Positions 15,636 to 16,776 of a DNA stretch of 16,776 bases are shown here, piece after piece. Within the stretch, counting starts at the first letter, position 1; each line of letters begins with the position of its first letter. A program made the translations under genes and the position numbers. Source of the stretch: an uncultured Clostridia bacterium (lineage in GTDB: Bacteria; Bacillota; Clostridia; Christensenellales; Aristaeellaceae); assembly GCA_937886445.1 (NCBI GenBank), contig CALGBY010000058.1, positions 1 through 16,776 on the forward strand, read 5' to 3'. The notes beneath the pieces are model-generated. The model did no database searches and was not told where the DNA came from. It saw only the letters and a program-made list of their open reading frames with translations.

Positions 15636-15680
15636 CACGGCCGGCAGATCGGACTGATCCGCCGGCCGTGAATTTTTCTG
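15636..15680. terminator. Bidirectional rho-independent terminator between convergent genes
   Basis: Perfect 10-bp stem CACGGCCGGC (15636-15645) / GCCGGCCGTG (15661-15670). It is followed by AATTTTTCTGTTTTT on the plus strand and TTCTTTTAAT on the minus strand. Confidence 0.75.
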
Positions 15681-15684
15681 TTTT

Positions 15685-16209
15685 TCACACAAGACCGCGA
15701 AGACGCCTTTTCAGCGCGAGGGCGATCGGGATACCGGGGAAAAGCATCACAAAGGAATCAAGCGCCCACGCGGCCAGGGCGGTGGGGATCTTCAATTCCG
15801 GCCTCAGGCTGTACAGAACGCAGTCGATCACCGTTTTTACCGTGACCCCTGCCAGCATGGACAGCACGACGACTGCCGCCGCCTTCAGCCAGAACCGTCC
15901 AGACGGGGCATCCGCTTCCTTATACAGCACGCGTCCGCAGGAAAAGCCCACAATGGCGTTCATCACGATCCAGCCGAAAGCGATGCCGCGCTGGCTCATC
16001 AGCATGCTCTCGATCAACACGCCCGCCGCGCCGATGACCGCCGCCGGCACCGCGCCCAGATAGACCGCACCCACCGCCAGAGCGATATATCCCAGGTCCA
16101 GCTTGATATTGCCCGCCACCGGGATCTTCAGCAGCGTGGAAAGCACAAAATAGAGCGCGGTAAGCACGCCTGTCATCACAACTTTTTTCGTCTTCTTCGT
16201 ATTTTTCAT
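15685..16209 (-). CDS. Small polytopic membrane protein, ECF-transporter S-component-like (substrate unknown; folate/QueT-type size)
   Basis: 174 aa. Lys-rich N-terminus followed by about 5-6 hydrophobic helices rich in Ala/Gly (TGVLTALYFVLS..., LGYIALAVGAVYLGAVPAAVIGAAG...). Size and pattern are typical of solitary ECF S components. The family call is by eye only. Confidence 0.55.
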   Translation of the reverse strand: MKNTKKTKKVVMTGVLTALYFVLSTLLKIPVAGNIKLDLGYIALAVGAVYLGAVPAAVIGAAGVLIESMLMSQRGIAFGWIVMNAIVGFSCGRVLYKEADAPSGRFWLKAAAVVVLSMLAGVTVKTVIDCVLYSLRPELKIPTALAAWALDSFVMLFPGIPIALALKRRLRGLV

Positions 16210-16353
16210 TCTGTTCTGTACGCTCCTTGCCGCCGGCAGACGGCGTAAACCTCAGGGGATACCTCCGCCGGCTCCGGTATCGCCGTCTGTTCCGGCATAC
16301 AGGAGCACCCGCGGACACTTCATGATGATAGCACAAAAGCCGGCTGTTGAAAA
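16210..16353 (-). promoter_or_regulatory. Promoter (TTTTCA-17-TGcTATCAT) and structured ~110-nt leader sequestering the RBS; candidate riboswitch
   Basis: On the minus strand, the -10 TATCAT is rc of 16325-16330, with TGC and a -35 TTTTCA (rc of 16348-16353). In the leader, GCCGGAACAGACGGCG (rc of 16281-16296) pairs with CGCCGTCTGCCGGC (rc of 16232-16245). There is an inner hairpin GATACC/GGTATC. GCTCCT (rc of 16301-16306) can pair with the AGGAGC of the RBS (RBS AAGGAG is rc of 16223-16228). Confidence 0.4.
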
Positions 16354-16596
16354 GATAAAACGCGTGCCGCCGCGAAGAGCAACCCGGCAGAGCCTGCAAA
16401 CGCCCCTGCCCCCGCCCAAAATACTCAGTGTCCCTTTTCGCGTGTCCATCGTATATATTTATGTCCGCGGGGAAGTAAAAAAGATCGTGCACAGCCGATC
16501 TGCTGACGGCCCTTCGCCGTCTCATCCTGAGGACGGGCCGAAAGCGGCAAAAGAAGTAATAAATAAGCTGAAAACAGATAAAAGGAGAGAAAACAC

Positions 16597-16776
16597 ATGA
16601 AGAACACAAAGCTGCAGAAACTGTTTGACTACCAGATCTTCTCCGGCAACAGGGAGATCGAAAAGATGTACCGCGAAGCGGAAAACCGGAACGCCGAGGC
16701 GCTCAGTCTGGATGACCTGGCCTTTGTGGCCGGCGGCGTCCGCTCCGATGAAGCGAAGGACGAAAAGCAGAACTGA
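16597..16776 (+). CDS. 59-aa ORF with internal double-glycine-type motif and short charged tail (not in the ORF track)
   Basis: ATG at 16597, 8 nt after AAAAGGAGA, the same 9-mer as at the LysM peptide gene. Translation: MKNTKLQKLFDYQIFSGNREIEKMYREAENRNAEALSLDDLAFVAGG-VRSDEAKDEKQN. The stop TGA is the last 3 nt of the window. Confidence 0.55.
   Translation: MKNTKLQKLFDYQIFSGNREIEKMYREAENRNAEALSLDDLAFVAGGVRSDEAKDEKQN

Noticed and set aside
16210-16320. TPP riboswitch upstream of the ECF-S-like gene.
   Set aside because: A GGGTGC and a CTGAGG are present. The conserved TPP core (CUGAGA...ACCC...ACCUGAUCUGGAUAAUGCCAGCG...AGGGA) is not, and the helices do not fit the TPP architecture. It is kept only as a leader of unknown class.
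15286-16343. Shared 13-mer CCGGCTTTTGTGC (rc of about 15285-15297 and 16331-16343) as a regulatory element.
   Set aside because: For a 16.8-kb window read on both strands, several exact 13-mer coincidences are expected by chance. The two copies sit at different positions relative to their promoters.
15920-16609. 229-aa minus-strand ORF spanning the ECF-S gene 5' part and the intergenic region. Also 15449..16063+ and 16322..16600+.
   Set aside because: The translations are Arg/Gly-rich nonsense that overlap a well-formed membrane-protein gene in another frame and run through promoter and leader sequence. There is no RBS.

Overview
This 16.8-kb window looks like a high-GC Firmicutes/Clostridia-type genome. 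That placement is an inference from EF-G/S7/S12 sequence, GGAGG-type RBSs and an LplABC-like sugar transporter.

Positions 1-11652 are ordinary core and metabolic genes, all on the minus strand:
- the first 12 codons of tuf, then fusA, rpsG and rpsL (str operon), with a near-consensus promoter and a leader of about 190 nt;
- a sugar-uptake operon: a large solute-binding protein, two CUT1 permeases and a trailing AraC regulator, with no ATPase gene;
- a terminator;
- an intracellular GH13 neopullulanase-like enzyme co-transcribed with Sua5/TsaC.

From about 11.9 kb to the window end lies a mostly plus-strand accessory block, which is the interesting part:
- three tandem, diverged paralogues of a ~220-aa secreted protein I cannot assign to a family;
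- a lower-GC glycoside-hydrolase-like TIM-barrel protein ending in an LPXTG-style sorting signal with an atypical MPGTG motif;
- an 84-aa ORF with a textbook double-glycine (bacteriocin-type) leader fused to a LysM domain;
- a convergent ECF-S-like membrane protein with a structured, RBS-sequestering leader;
- a 59-aa ORF, absent from the ORF track, with a second GG-type motif (LSLDDLAFVAGG) and a 12-aa Asp/Glu/Lys-rich tail.

The two GG-peptide genes share a promoter-proximal motif and the same RBS 9-mer. No C39-peptidase ABC exporter, sortase or EcfAA'T module is present in the window. I saw no rRNA, tRNA, CRISPR array, transposase or integrase.

All family assignments are by-eye motif recognition and need profile or structure searches.
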